Shown here: positions 46,601-54,549 of the stretch, piece by piece
Numbering within the stretch: the first letter of the stretch is position 1
How the letters are laid out: each line of letters opens with the position of its first letter
Virus record (IMG/VR): IMGVR_UViG_3300044858_003398
Direction: 5' to 3' (one strand)
Source: a virus
Length of the DNA stretch: 64,000 nucleotides
Translations under genes and position numbers: made by a program
The notes under the pieces: generated by a model
What the model was told of the DNA's origin: nothing
What the model saw: only the letters and a program-made list of their open reading frames with translations
Database searches by the model: none

Positions 46601-48962
46601 CGGTGTATTGTGAGGCGACCCCTGCAGCAACGAACGCAAGATCAGAGAACGATGTTTTTACTCTTTTGGTTTCATCGTCCAGATCTCCTGATCCTGAGAA
46701 CGCTCCAGTTCTTACCGCATCTGATGCCTTTTTGCCTCCTCTAGGTTTAGCTTGAGGAGGATTAACCTCTTGATCAAACTCATCCCAACTGTGGATCGTG
46801 GGCGGAGTAAAAACATCAGGCTTAACTCCACGACCTCTACTGCCAGTGGCAAATTTTTGAACACCTACATACCCACCAGAGGCATACTTATTAACCTTCT
46901 CTAGATTACCATAACCGAAGGCTTGTGCAGACTCCTTGTTGACAACGAACTCGCCGGGAGTAAGCAGTGCTGGCACTGTATCTGTACCAGAAATTCCACC
47001 ACCAGTAGCCCTTCTTATACCCACTTTCTTTTTCCGCTTCATCGTCCATAAATCTGGATCGGTTACATACGTAGTAATAGATTTTGGACTAAGATCCTTC
47101 TGCCTAATCTCCATTCCTCGTATTCTTCTGTTCGCGTTATTAGAAGCAGATAATAATAGGGCCTTCGCAGCAATACCTGCATGTGTTGCCCCCTTTATAT
47201 TATCATCATCACTATACGTGGTTCCCTCCTTCATGAATTTAGCTTCAGAAGCACCTCCGGGAGAATATGGAAAATCTACATATGCATATGGATTAGTAGA
47301 TGGCCGACCAGTTTTAAATCTTCTACTCTTAGATAGAACCTGCTCAAATCTTTTTCCATACGGGCCACTCAATTTATGGAATAGCTCAATATCTTTCTGA
47401 TTTGGTATTACTTTTTTAAAATCAGCCGTATAATTCATTTTTCTTTTAGCTAGAGCACTAATATTACCTGAAGAATCTTTAAAGCCTTTAAGGGTTTTAA
47501 TGCTCTTATAAGAATCGCTTAATTTCTCTACTGTGCCCCCAAAGCCATATTTATTGATTCCATGCAAAGCCTCAGCCCCCATAGCCTGAGCCGCACTCTT
47601 TCTAATCACAAATTCGCCGGGCTCCAACATAGCCGGTACAGTGTCTCCACTCCCGCTACCGGGAACGAACCCACCAGATGCTCTCTTTATTGGGGCCTTT
47701 CCTCTCCCAAAGCTAGGCAAACCAACACCCAGCAATGATTTTGACAATTTAATAGCTGCGAATGTAGCGAGAAGCGGAATCAGTTCCTTGATAGAACCAG
47801 CGAACCCGATGAATGCGTTAGTGAGTGATAGCACAGTCGAGATCATAGCCTTAAAAGAGCTAGTCTCCATAACGTCGCCAATCAGCTTAGCAAAATTTTG
47901 CTGAGTCTGTGCAAGCTTAAATGAGAGAGTCTCTTGTGCCTTGGCTAAGTCGGCAGCGGTCTCTGACGAAGCATTCTGAGCGTCCGCATAAATCCTTTGC
48001 ATCTTAGCGGCTTGAGTCAGTAAAGGAATAACTCTCGATTGCTGCAAGACCCCACCGAGCTGTTCTACGATAGCTGAGAACTGAAGAGAGCCCGGTTGAA
48101 TATTGGCTCTCTGTATGCCTTTTTGGATCTCTATGATGGCCTCATAGTTACCAATAAAGTTCCCCTTAAGGTCTGTAAGCTCGATACCGAATTGACGAAG
48201 ATAGTCAATCGTTTTAGGTCTCTGTAGACGAGAAAAGATGGTTCTAAGACCTGTAGAGATAGTCTCAGAGCTTTCTCTAGTAGTATCTCTTACTGTTGTG
48301 TAAATGGTCACAAGCTCTTCAAGGCTTCCACCAGTAGCAGCGAAAACACCGCCCGCCCGCTTGGCCGCATCGACCAAGTCGTCAGATTCAACAGCGTACT
48401 TCTTAGCAACCACATTCAGTAAAGAAAGAACTCTGGCAGACTGTCCAACGGTTTCTGTGAACTGCTTATTGATAGCAATCAAACCTTCTGTGGTATTTGA
48501 TATGCTCTCGAAGGATGCCAGTAGGGTTGTCTGGGCCAGATTGTCTGCAGCCGCCTTTGCTTCGTTTAAAGAATAACCAGCCTGAGCCAAAACCCTTATG
48601 GTCTCTGCGATTTTTGGAGCGGATAAACCATAAGCAACAGACATTTTCCTGATAGACTCAGAATGCTCCTTTATATCCTTATTGCTGACCCCAACAGTCT
48701 GAGCTAGTTTGGCCAATTCTTGGTCAAATCTAATAGCGTCATGAGTGGCACTAGCGACCACCATGCCGATCTTGGCCATAGCACCGCCCAAAGCGGCATA
48801 CCCAGCTAGATTGATCCCCTTTAGGCTGGCAGCATCATAAAATGCTTTAGCGGATTTGGTTCCTCTCTCTAGGCGAGTATTGACACTAGAAACGGCCCTC
48901 TGGACGGATGAGCTATCCACGCTTTCTAGAACTAGTCTAGCAGATACGTCGTAAAGGGCCAT
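43626..48962 (-). CDS. tail tape measure protein (TP901-like N-terminal core) with internal cargo-like domain
   Basis: 1778 aa, Ala-rich helical; FDQELAKL, LAQAG, TGLRTIFSRL; hydrophobic segments; upstream chaperones and tail tube. Confidence 0.9.
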   Translation of the reverse strand: MALYDVSARLVLESVDSSSVQRAVSSVNTRLERGTKSAKAFYDAASLKGINLAGYAALGGAMAKIGMVVASATHDAIRFDQELAKLAQTVGVSNKDIKEHSESIRKMSVAYGLSAPKIAETIRVLAQAGYSLNEAKAAADNLAQTTLLASFESISNTTEGLIAINKQFTETVGQSARVLSLLNVVAKKYAVESDDLVDAAKRAGGVFAATGGSLEELVTIYTTVRDTTRESSETISTGLRTIFSRLQRPKTIDYLRQFGIELTDLKGNFIGNYEAIIEIQKGIQRANIQPGSLQFSAIVEQLGGVLQQSRVIPLLTQAAKMQRIYADAQNASSETAADLAKAQETLSFKLAQTQQNFAKLIGDVMETSSFKAMISTVLSLTNAFIGFAGSIKELIPLLATFAAIKLSKSLLGVGLPSFGRGKAPIKRASGGFVPGSGSGDTVPAMLEPGEFVIRKSAAQAMGAEALHGINKYGFGGTVEKLSDSYKSIKTLKGFKDSSGNISALAKRKMNYTADFKKVIPNQKDIELFHKLSGPYGKRFEQVLSKSRRFKTGRPSTNPYAYVDFPYSPGGASEAKFMKEGTTYSDDDNIKGATHAGIAAKALLLSASNNANRRIRGMEIRQKDLSPKSITTYVTDPDLWTMKRKKKVGIRRATGGGISGTDTVPALLTPGEFVVNKESAQAFGYGNLEKVNKYASGGYVGVQKFATGSRGRGVKPDVFTPPTIHSWDEFDQEVNPPQAKPRGGKKASDAVRTGAFSGSGDLDDETKRVKTSFSDLAFVAAGVASQYTDSESAMSRAIGTTLEFVSTAALAVSALELFGVSLNAKSISSFLSGGFKGIATKASKLLATNVGGSSIASASTVSSMSALGGAVVATTAAMAAAGLSVYAFGSIVDSARGLTEATNKAIMEGNAAKAAEAATYEKSQSDATVLSASFTALVAGIGLAVAGLAAWPVVLGAAIVGVVAKLVLMTDVGAGLATGIRDLGASFGLLESSASIAAKASFKASLQNAKNVSDRNSTALSKQVAKANNKEKADNVLRGGVVRENAAAIGAADRDARKSAKEKQDQQTQNSQTGYFGQVLDSFTQMVGGESINDTNVRLSKEMEDDRQAVKDQAKSNFDQIAPLVDTSMSAFTDFGGTDWDAFLISIGPAAAEMMMLAGITGDMRLQFEDSIEAAKTEAALRAILSEQLVKQLATTTGLAEANRKGIAASQLGSTIAGLSSSGFRSSSLSTNASSSDVNRQIAAAKSLGVTGYDENLSAVNRSKSELEKLNQQFATATPEKRKELSEKILQNKRDTIEAAGGSADGLDADAINAAYEATIAGADELQSKLIEAATNVETGINRFIDALDAANKAQMEYAAASDEAGRSARGRDADLQSFRSGGSTISEIRARQDETRSLIPANDTRAEYGFTAEMLNRKGKRIVAQETSDPLNTAVGAKAARDNKIRREATVAGVPATAVNGAGGGALRGGAAAAGAARPVVGPNAAPGAASDAAAAANAVAQDSIGLQFQFSALQVAAEKQAAAINRETGLREANIEAIKEELSLEKDRAQTIEEFNIALSGGAGTDAKRDAQKKLRSLQRVENARLTGGEAAANKEIGRAINRNGGDRSFYTGIQAPETAQNLQRDASATGGKIGLRRLGQNSELGQNLNMVGQTGFTANGSNLAGQVGAQNTEINANDAALVEGMRLHSEMLSSSAAMFNQSIMSMTGGLGKFSEDMRTILDGLKGASFDLKMQGGNVSVDISDKSGVIGMVSDAAKREISDMIAEAIRGKEMGAL
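46872..47681 (-). repeat. two diverged copies of A[S/T]GG..(G.)G.DTVPA.L.PGEFV..K..AQA.G...L...NKY..GG flanking a 175-aa insert
   Basis: Copy 1 at 47535-47681, copy 2 at 46872-47009. Confidence 0.85.
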
Positions 48963-48976
48963 AACTTACTCCTTAA

Positions 48977-49750
48977 TTATTGAGGAACTACTTCGGTAGG
49001 CACATTAAAGTCATCCTCAAATTCGGCTTCTTCAATCTTAACACCGAGTGGATTACCATTTAGATCAATGCGTTTTCCTTCAGAATCGATCCTGTAGCCC
49101 TCTTCATCAACCCTGTGGCCCTCAATATCAACTAGGTTTCCAGCGTTATCGACGAAGTGTCCAAGGTCGTTTACAAGCTTAAATCTCTTTAAGAACTTGT
49201 TCTCAACTAGAGTACTCTCATAATCTTCATTGACACCGTAAAGGAAATTGGCGAACTTCTCGGCGAGAGAGATGCCTAGATCGTCAGACCCCTTCTCTAC
49301 GTAGTCTTCCGTAGAGGCATAAACGCACTTTTGAGTGTCGTAGTCAAAAACTGACTTAGCCAAAAGGGCATTGAATCTGGCATTATCGGCCTGTGCTTCG
49401 GCGGAATTAGATTCCATCTGATTTCGCTCAGAAATCAATAATCTGAACTCGGCACGCTTTTTAGCAAGCTGGATGGCGAGAGCTTTCCCCTCACTAACCT
49501 TCATTTTTCCAGACGATAGCTTGTATTCCAGCTCCCCAATCTCTTTGACGAAGGATTTATACAGTTCTTCCTTCTTGTCGTTCCACACTCCTTGTTCGAT
49601 CATATAGTTCATTAGGCTCTTTTTCAAAAGAGCCCCATCATCGAGGGCCTGACGAAAGGCCTTATTGTGGATCTTCTTACCTTCGGCGATAGCCTGTGGG
49701 GTAATCTTGATGAAATAATCTTTTTCCCCAACTGTGAATCTATTTTCCAT
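48977..49750 (-). CDS. putative tail assembly chaperone with C-terminal (V/I)DxxG heptad repeats
   Basis: Directly upstream of the TMP; VDNAGNLVDIEGHRVDEEGYRIDSEGKRIDLNG. Confidence 0.5.
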   Translation of the reverse strand: MENRFTVGEKDYFIKITPQAIAEGKKIHNKAFRQALDDGALLKKSLMNYMIEQGVWNDKKEELYKSFVKEIGELEYKLSSGKMKVSEGKALAIQLAKKRAEFRLLISERNQMESNSAEAQADNARFNALLAKSVFDYDTQKCVYASTEDYVEKGSDDLGISLAEKFANFLYGVNEDYESTLVENKFLKRFKLVNDLGHFVDNAGNLVDIEGHRVDEEGYRIDSEGKRIDLNGNPLGVKIEEAEFEDDFNVPTEVVPQ

Positions 49751-49988
49751 GATCTCTCCTAAGTGGCATAAAGTAAACTGTCTTGTATTTGATATCGAAC
49801 CCGTCTAAATCCCGTTCCAATTCCCTGATCTGAAAATGGCCCTTGTCCAAAATGTCTTTTCTTAGTCCTTCATATTCATCCTCCTCAAAAATTTCTTTGA
49901 ACTCTTCCAAACTTGCAAGAGCCCCAATCATTGTTGTCATGATGCGTTTCCGCACCGCTTGATAAAGTTGTACTGCCCCGTTCCCCAT
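49740..49988 (-). CDS. hypothetical protein
   Basis: 82-aa ORF overlapping the next start. Confidence 0.5.
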   Translation of the reverse strand: MGNGAVQLYQAVRKRIMTTMIGALASLEEFKEIFEEDEYEGLRKDILDKGHFQIRELERDLDGFDIKYKTVYFMPLRRDHGK

Positions 49989-50018
49989 TTTTAACCCCCA
50001 ATCCTTATTGAGGCAAAT

Positions 50019-50933
50019 CTATTTGCCCCTGAAACTTAATTCGTTTTTCTTGAGGCCTATCTCTTGTTTTACGTGTGAGAACTGACGCTCATCAAGCTCA
50101 CCTTTAGCGACTAAATCCTTGGCTCTGGACTTCAGAATTTGCTTGCCCTCTACGCTGTTCAGGCTATTAATCTCTTTAATCTCCTTCTGGCTAGAAGCCA
50201 TAACGAAGACCTCCCCAGCATTTTGGCTTGGAAGATCTTTCTTCTTTTCTTCGGCCTCTCTCTTCTTCGCCTGCTTGATAAACCAGCCATCTACGGCTAG
50301 AGAATCTTTCATGACAGCACTACCCGGAGCATCTGTAGATTCGCTAATATTGTCGTACAATTTACTCCAGTAGAGTAAACTAAGCTGGTTATCATTTAGC
50401 TGGTTAGCACTAAGCCCGAAAATGGATTGCGGGTCTTTAGAAACACCCCATATCATTCTCCAAGTACTGTCGAAATACAGGGCTCTTATGTCATCCTCTG
50501 GCATTCTAGAATTAAGAAATTTACGTGAAAACGCAAAGGGATAATCCTTGTCTCTAAATAGATAGTATGCATAGGCCTCATCACGAGCATATTCGCATGT
50601 ATACTCGTTTAGATAGACCTTCTTCTGAAATACGGCGTTCAATTGGTGAATTTTGGCCTCGATTGCCCGCTTAACTTTCATGCGTCTTGTTTCAATAGCG
50701 AACATCTCGAAGTAGTCCACTTTCATTTGTTGCAAATCCTCAAGCCCCTGAAGATAATCTTCCTCTTCCTGCTGACTCCATAGACCAATCTCTATTAGAT
50801 AGTCGGCCAATTCTTCTTTACTGAAAGACCCAGACTCAAAGCATTCGTCGTAGACCGCTTCGGCATAAGCCGAAGCTTCAGCCTTCTCTATAGGGGAGAA
50901 ATTGGCGATCCTGATCGGCTTTTTAAAAGCCAA
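50019..50933 (-). CDS. putative tail assembly chaperone-like protein (start uncertain)
   Basis: Helical protein between tail tube and TMP. Confidence 0.5.
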   Translation of the reverse strand: MAFKKPIRIANFSPIEKAEASAYAEAVYDECFESGSFSKEELADYLIEIGLWSQQEEEDYLQGLEDLQQMKVDYFEMFAIETRRMKVKRAIEAKIHQLNAVFQKKVYLNEYTCEYARDEAYAYYLFRDKDYPFAFSRKFLNSRMPEDDIRALYFDSTWRMIWGVSKDPQSIFGLSANQLNDNQLSLLYWSKLYDNISESTDAPGSAVMKDSLAVDGWFIKQAKKREAEEKKKDLPSQNAGEVFVMASSQKEIKEINSLNSVEGKQILKSRAKDLVAKGELDERQFSHVKQEIGLKKNELSFRGK

Positions 50934-50998
50934 TAGCGTCGTGTTAGACAGCAGTTCCTGTATGATGGGCTTCGCCCTCCTAAAGTCCTTATACGAGA

Positions 50999-51018
50999 AT
51001 GGGGGCTTTCGCCCCCAT
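50999..51018 (-). terminator. hairpin ATGGGGGC-GAAA-GCCCCCAT downstream of the tail tube gene
   Basis: Perfect 8-bp stem; same core as 914-932. Confidence 0.6.
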
Positions 51019-51046
51019 CAAGTCCGAAGGTTCACGCAGCTAAGGC

Positions 51047-52252
51047 CTACGTAAACCAGTACTTAAAGTAGCTACCAGCCTCAAGCCCCATTGGGTCTCC
51101 AGAGTGTAGAACTACGAAGTCGTTGTTGTTCTGCATTGAGTATGTGATAGAGGCGTTGCCCCCACCAGCGTCCCCACCACCATAGCTTACGCTAGTTAGC
51201 TTGTTCTTGTTGCCAACCTGAATCACGGTTGAGTCATCAAGACATACCTGAATGGTATGGTTTGACAAGTTACCACCGCTAGGTACGTCTTCGACAGCGT
51301 TGATATTGTCCCCACCAACTGCAATCACCTCAATCTCAGTTGTTACGTTGACTGGGAAGTTAACGTATCTGTAGTATGGGGCATAAGTACCAAGCTGGTT
51401 GATCGCTTCGCGGCCAGCATCAACTGAGAAACTGATAGACTGAACGTGAACGTCGGCAGTATTGATTGTCCCACAATTCTTGAAGGTCGATGCTCCGTTA
51501 GCTCCGGTGGATGGTCCGTTATTAGAAATACCAGTTATAAAACTCGGAAGGACGGTAACGAAACTATTGCCACCGCGAGTCACTAAGCCTGATCCGGTCA
51601 GGAAGTTGTTTCTTCGCAGGACACCACTATCTGGCGAATCAGGTGAGTCATCCCCGAATGCGAAGACAGAGTTGACAACTCCACCAGCACCAAGTAGAAT
51701 ACCGGCGGTTCCGTCAGAAGTGATCCACTTCTTGTTGTTGCCTACAAGGGTCAAGCTCTCAGTGAAGTTTCCATCAGTCGGCAGACTGATACTAACTGAA
51801 GACCAATACATACCTGAACAATACAACTCAGCGGCCAAACTATCACCACTAGTTACAGCAGAGTCAGTATCGAGACCGATAATCATTCTGAGGTCGGCTC
51901 TCGCGTTGGCTCTGCCAGAAAGGGTAGGATCGCTAGCAGTAATAGTGGCAGCATGATAGGCCATCGTGTAGCCATCCAGCAGACGCTCCATAGTCGCCTC
52001 GACATCCGGAACTTCTTCCACGTTCTCATAGATCGAAAGCTGACCCAATTCTTGCACGGCTTCAAGACTGAAGTTGGTATTAACCCCAAGGCTCTGAAGA
52101 CCATGCATGATGATCATGCTGCCAGAACCAACGAAGGTCCCACCATCGCTAGTACCCCATGCATCTTTTACACCAGTAGCCCCCATGTCGCCGATAGCAA
52201 CACCTTGAGTGGCGTAAAAAACACGCTTATTTGAACTTGTATTAAACGCCAT
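51047..52252 (-). CDS. major tail (tube) protein
   Basis: HGLQSLGVNT...ELGQLSIYE.VE..PDVE; tail-module position; own promoter-like motif and downstream hairpin. Confidence 0.65.
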   Translation of the reverse strand: MAFNTSSNKRVFYATQGVAIGDMGATGVKDAWGTSDGGTFVGSGSMIIMHGLQSLGVNTNFSLEAVQELGQLSIYENVEEVPDVEATMERLLDGYTMAYHAATITASDPTLSGRANARADLRMIIGLDTDSAVTSGDSLAAELYCSGMYWSSVSISLPTDGNFTESLTLVGNNKKWITSDGTAGILLGAGGVVNSVFAFGDDSPDSPDSGVLRRNNFLTGSGLVTRGGNSFVTVLPSFITGISNNGPSTGANGASTFKNCGTINTADVHVQSISFSVDAGREAINQLGTYAPYYRYVNFPVNVTTEIEVIAVGGDNINAVEDVPSGGNLSNHTIQVCLDDSTVIQVGNKNKLTSVSYGGGDAGGGNASITYSMQNNNDFVVLHSGDPMGLEAGSYFKYWFT

Positions 52253-52283
52253 TTATTTTCTCCAGTAAAAAGGAACTTCTAAC

Positions 52284-52293
52284 TATTTATACG
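52284..52293 (-). promoter_or_regulatory. putative late promoter CGTATAAATA
   Basis: Contains the T4-late-like TATAAATA; variants precede other genes. Confidence 0.5.
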
Positions 52294-53228
52294 CCAAAAT
52301 GAATTACCTCAGTGGTAATTTTAACTGTGCCAATTTTTAGGGTGCCCAACGAGTATACAGAATCCAGCTTCGCATCTTTGATATACATGGTTCTGCCAGA
52401 GTATGTGCTACATAAGTCTGGGTAGGTTTTTGCCCCGGAGTTTGGAACACCCCGATAATCTAGGGGGAAATCATCAGCGTCTGCGATTTCGTTAAGATCA
52501 TACATCTTCATGGAGGCTTTAGATTGGTATGTAAGGGCATCCACAAGGGAATCCCGAGTGTATGAATCCTCGGCTACACAATGGCAGTAGAAATCTGTTT
52601 CGACCAATTGGCCACCTCCCAACTGATATGGGGCCAACCTACGCCCCGCCAATTCAACGCCTATTACCGGGAGAGCTTGGCGATTTTCGGGCAGGAGTTC
52701 ATATATGCCACTTTGTGAGGCGAAGTCCCCATTGGATCTCTCAGATCTCTCCTGTAGCTGCTTGAACCAGCTCAAACCATCCGAGCGTGTAACGCTCACA
52801 TACTTATAGGAGTAGGCCATTTCTACTACAGAGCTTGCGGCTATAGCTGTATCAAACCTTACTGCCCCATTTATGTGGTCAACATGGTAGGCATAAGTGC
52901 CAGTAGTAGATGGCGGATACAGGGTGGAATTAACACGAACCCCAGAAACCCCCGGATAGGCTGGATTAGTAGAGGTTAAGGCTCCGACTCCCGACTCCCA
53001 AACTAGATTTGGCCTGAAGGTGGCCCACACCTGTCCAGATGTATACCTCGGGTCATCTACAAGCCTAAGCCTGCTATCCACCCCGCCATAAAGTCCCGTA
53101 GACGGAACCGGCACATCAACAAAATTCCCCATCTGGAGAAGGCTGTGGTCGAGGTACGAGACCAGATTCTCTTGTATATCATTGGTGAGAGTAGAATCCC
53201 CCAACCTAACAAAACCTTTTAATGACAT
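52287..53228 (-). CDS. putative tail terminator/neck protein
   Basis: Upstream of tail tube; LPVIGVE...YQLGG...DFYCH. Confidence 0.5.
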   Translation of the reverse strand: MSLKGFVRLGDSTLTNDIQENLVSYLDHSLLQMGNFVDVPVPSTGLYGGVDSRLRLVDDPRYTSGQVWATFRPNLVWESGVGALTSTNPAYPGVSGVRVNSTLYPPSTTGTYAYHVDHINGAVRFDTAIAASSVVEMAYSYKYVSVTRSDGLSWFKQLQERSERSNGDFASQSGIYELLPENRQALPVIGVELAGRRLAPYQLGGGQLVETDFYCHCVAEDSYTRDSLVDALTYQSKASMKMYDLNEIADADDFPLDYRGVPNSGAKTYPDLCSTYSGRTMYIKDAKLDSVYSLGTLKIGTVKITTEVIHFGV

Positions 53229-53235
53229 ACAGGCC

Positions 53236-53889
53236 TCACTGTAGGTAACTGAACATTATGTTGCCAATTTCCGGTAAAAGAGAAGCAATGGTGTTAACAA
53301 CAAAGTTATCATCTGCCGTTCCGGCGAAGTTTGGGTCAACTCGGAAGATCTTGCCACTTTCACCAGAGGGGAACATCAGGGCGAAACCAGACCTACTTGT
53401 CCTGAATTCCCCTTTGGCCACGAAAAAGTCATCATAGATGATCGTAGTTCCCTTGGTTAATAGCCACTCCATCCAAGGAATAAATTCGCCACTTCTGGGG
53501 CTTTGGTACGTTCCTATGCCTTTTAGGACGTCACTGAAGCCTTCCGGCAATATTGAGACCGACATGGACCATGCCGAATTTCCCAAAGATCCCCTATTCT
53601 TGATGCCCAGATTCACTTTTACCGATCGCTTTACCACGAACAGGAGTGACTCAATAGCTTCTTCAGCTTCTCCTATGTTCAGGCCGAAATCGGCTTGTAG
53701 TTGGCCGGAGATTAAGGATTTTACGTGAGGAGTGGCCCTAATCCTTGCCTCTATAAGCTCGCCCACTCTCAAATTGATTTGAGGGGCAGCTCTCCTCATC
53801 TTCCTGTCAACTTGCTCTGCTACCTCAAATAGGACCTTGGCAGATATTGAAGAGGTGGACTCAATAATTTGGATTCGGGATTTTGCCAT
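53236..53889 (-). CDS. putative neck/tail completion protein
   Basis: Synteny; IPWMEWLL. Confidence 0.45.
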   Translation of the reverse strand: MAKSRIQIIESTSSISAKVLFEVAEQVDRKMRRAAPQINLRVGELIEARIRATPHVKSLISGQLQADFGLNIGEAEEAIESLLFVVKRSVKVNLGIKNRGSLGNSAWSMSVSILPEGFSDVLKGIGTYQSPRSGEFIPWMEWLLTKGTTIIYDDFFVAKGEFRTSRSGFALMFPSGESGKIFRVDPNFAGTADDNFVVNTIASLLPEIGNIMFSYLQ

Positions 53890-54344
53890 TATTTAGTCCA
53901 GTAGGCTACGCAATATTCCCCGTTTAGGCCCCAGACTAAGACTTCGCCACTTCTTTGAAGTCTGTCTTTATCGATGATAATGAAATCGGCCTTCCTAATA
54001 TTCTCCATCTGAGCAGCCGTACCAATCGTCATACAAGAACCAGCAGCATAATCGAAGCCTCCAATTTTCTCGAAGCTCTTTTTATCGGAGTAGACTCTCA
54101 GAGTTATATCCTCTGTGGTCTCTACAACCTTTGTTGCCTCGCCGCCCCTAAGCATTCCCGCTTGCCCCGTCTGGGGATTCATTGTAAGACGCTGCCTGAT
54201 ATCTGCTGGAGTTGAAGAAATCGGCATGATCTTCTGGTATACTAGCTGGCAAACTACGCCAAAGTTGTCCGTTAAGGAAAACATTGACATAGCTTCAGCA
54301 TACTTCGTATAGATGTTAGATGGTATTTGCACAGTAGCATCCAA
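53889..54344 (-). CDS. putative head-closure (stopper) protein
   Basis: FGVVCQLVY...; size and synteny. Confidence 0.45.
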   Translation of the reverse strand: MDATVQIPSNIYTKYAEAMSMFSLTDNFGVVCQLVYQKIMPISSTPADIRQRLTMNPQTGQAGMLRGGEATKVVETTEDITLRVYSDKKSFEKIGGFDYAAGSCMTIGTAAQMENIRKADFIIIDKDRLQRSGEVLVWGLNGEYCVAYWTK

Positions 54345-54346
54345 TA

Positions 54347-54541
54347 TTATGCGAAGTAATAACTTCCACTAGGGCCACAATCGTCAAATCTGGTGCTGAG
54401 AATCCCAGATTGTGCAACAACTACGTTATGCTCTATTTTAGCATTAACTATTTTAGTATTGCCCAATTTATCTGCCCAGACTACTGTTGTCCCATTCTTA
54501 TATGTGACACCAGTAGAGGCGTAAGCTATTACATCTGTCAT
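54347..54541 (-). CDS. small protein paralogous to the N-terminus of the upstream gene
   Basis: YASTGVTYKNG..VWADKLGNT vs YATTGTVYNNG..IWADKIGNT; AGGAG RBS. Confidence 0.65.
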   Translation of the reverse strand: MTDVIAYASTGVTYKNGTTVVWADKLGNTKIVNAKIEHNVVVAQSGILSTRFDDCGPSGSYYFA

Positions 54542-54549
54542 AAAAACTC

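Noticed and set aside
48977-50933. Lambda G/GT-type frameshift among the tail chaperones
   Set aside because: No convincing slippery heptamer joining these ORFs was found; each appears to have its own start.
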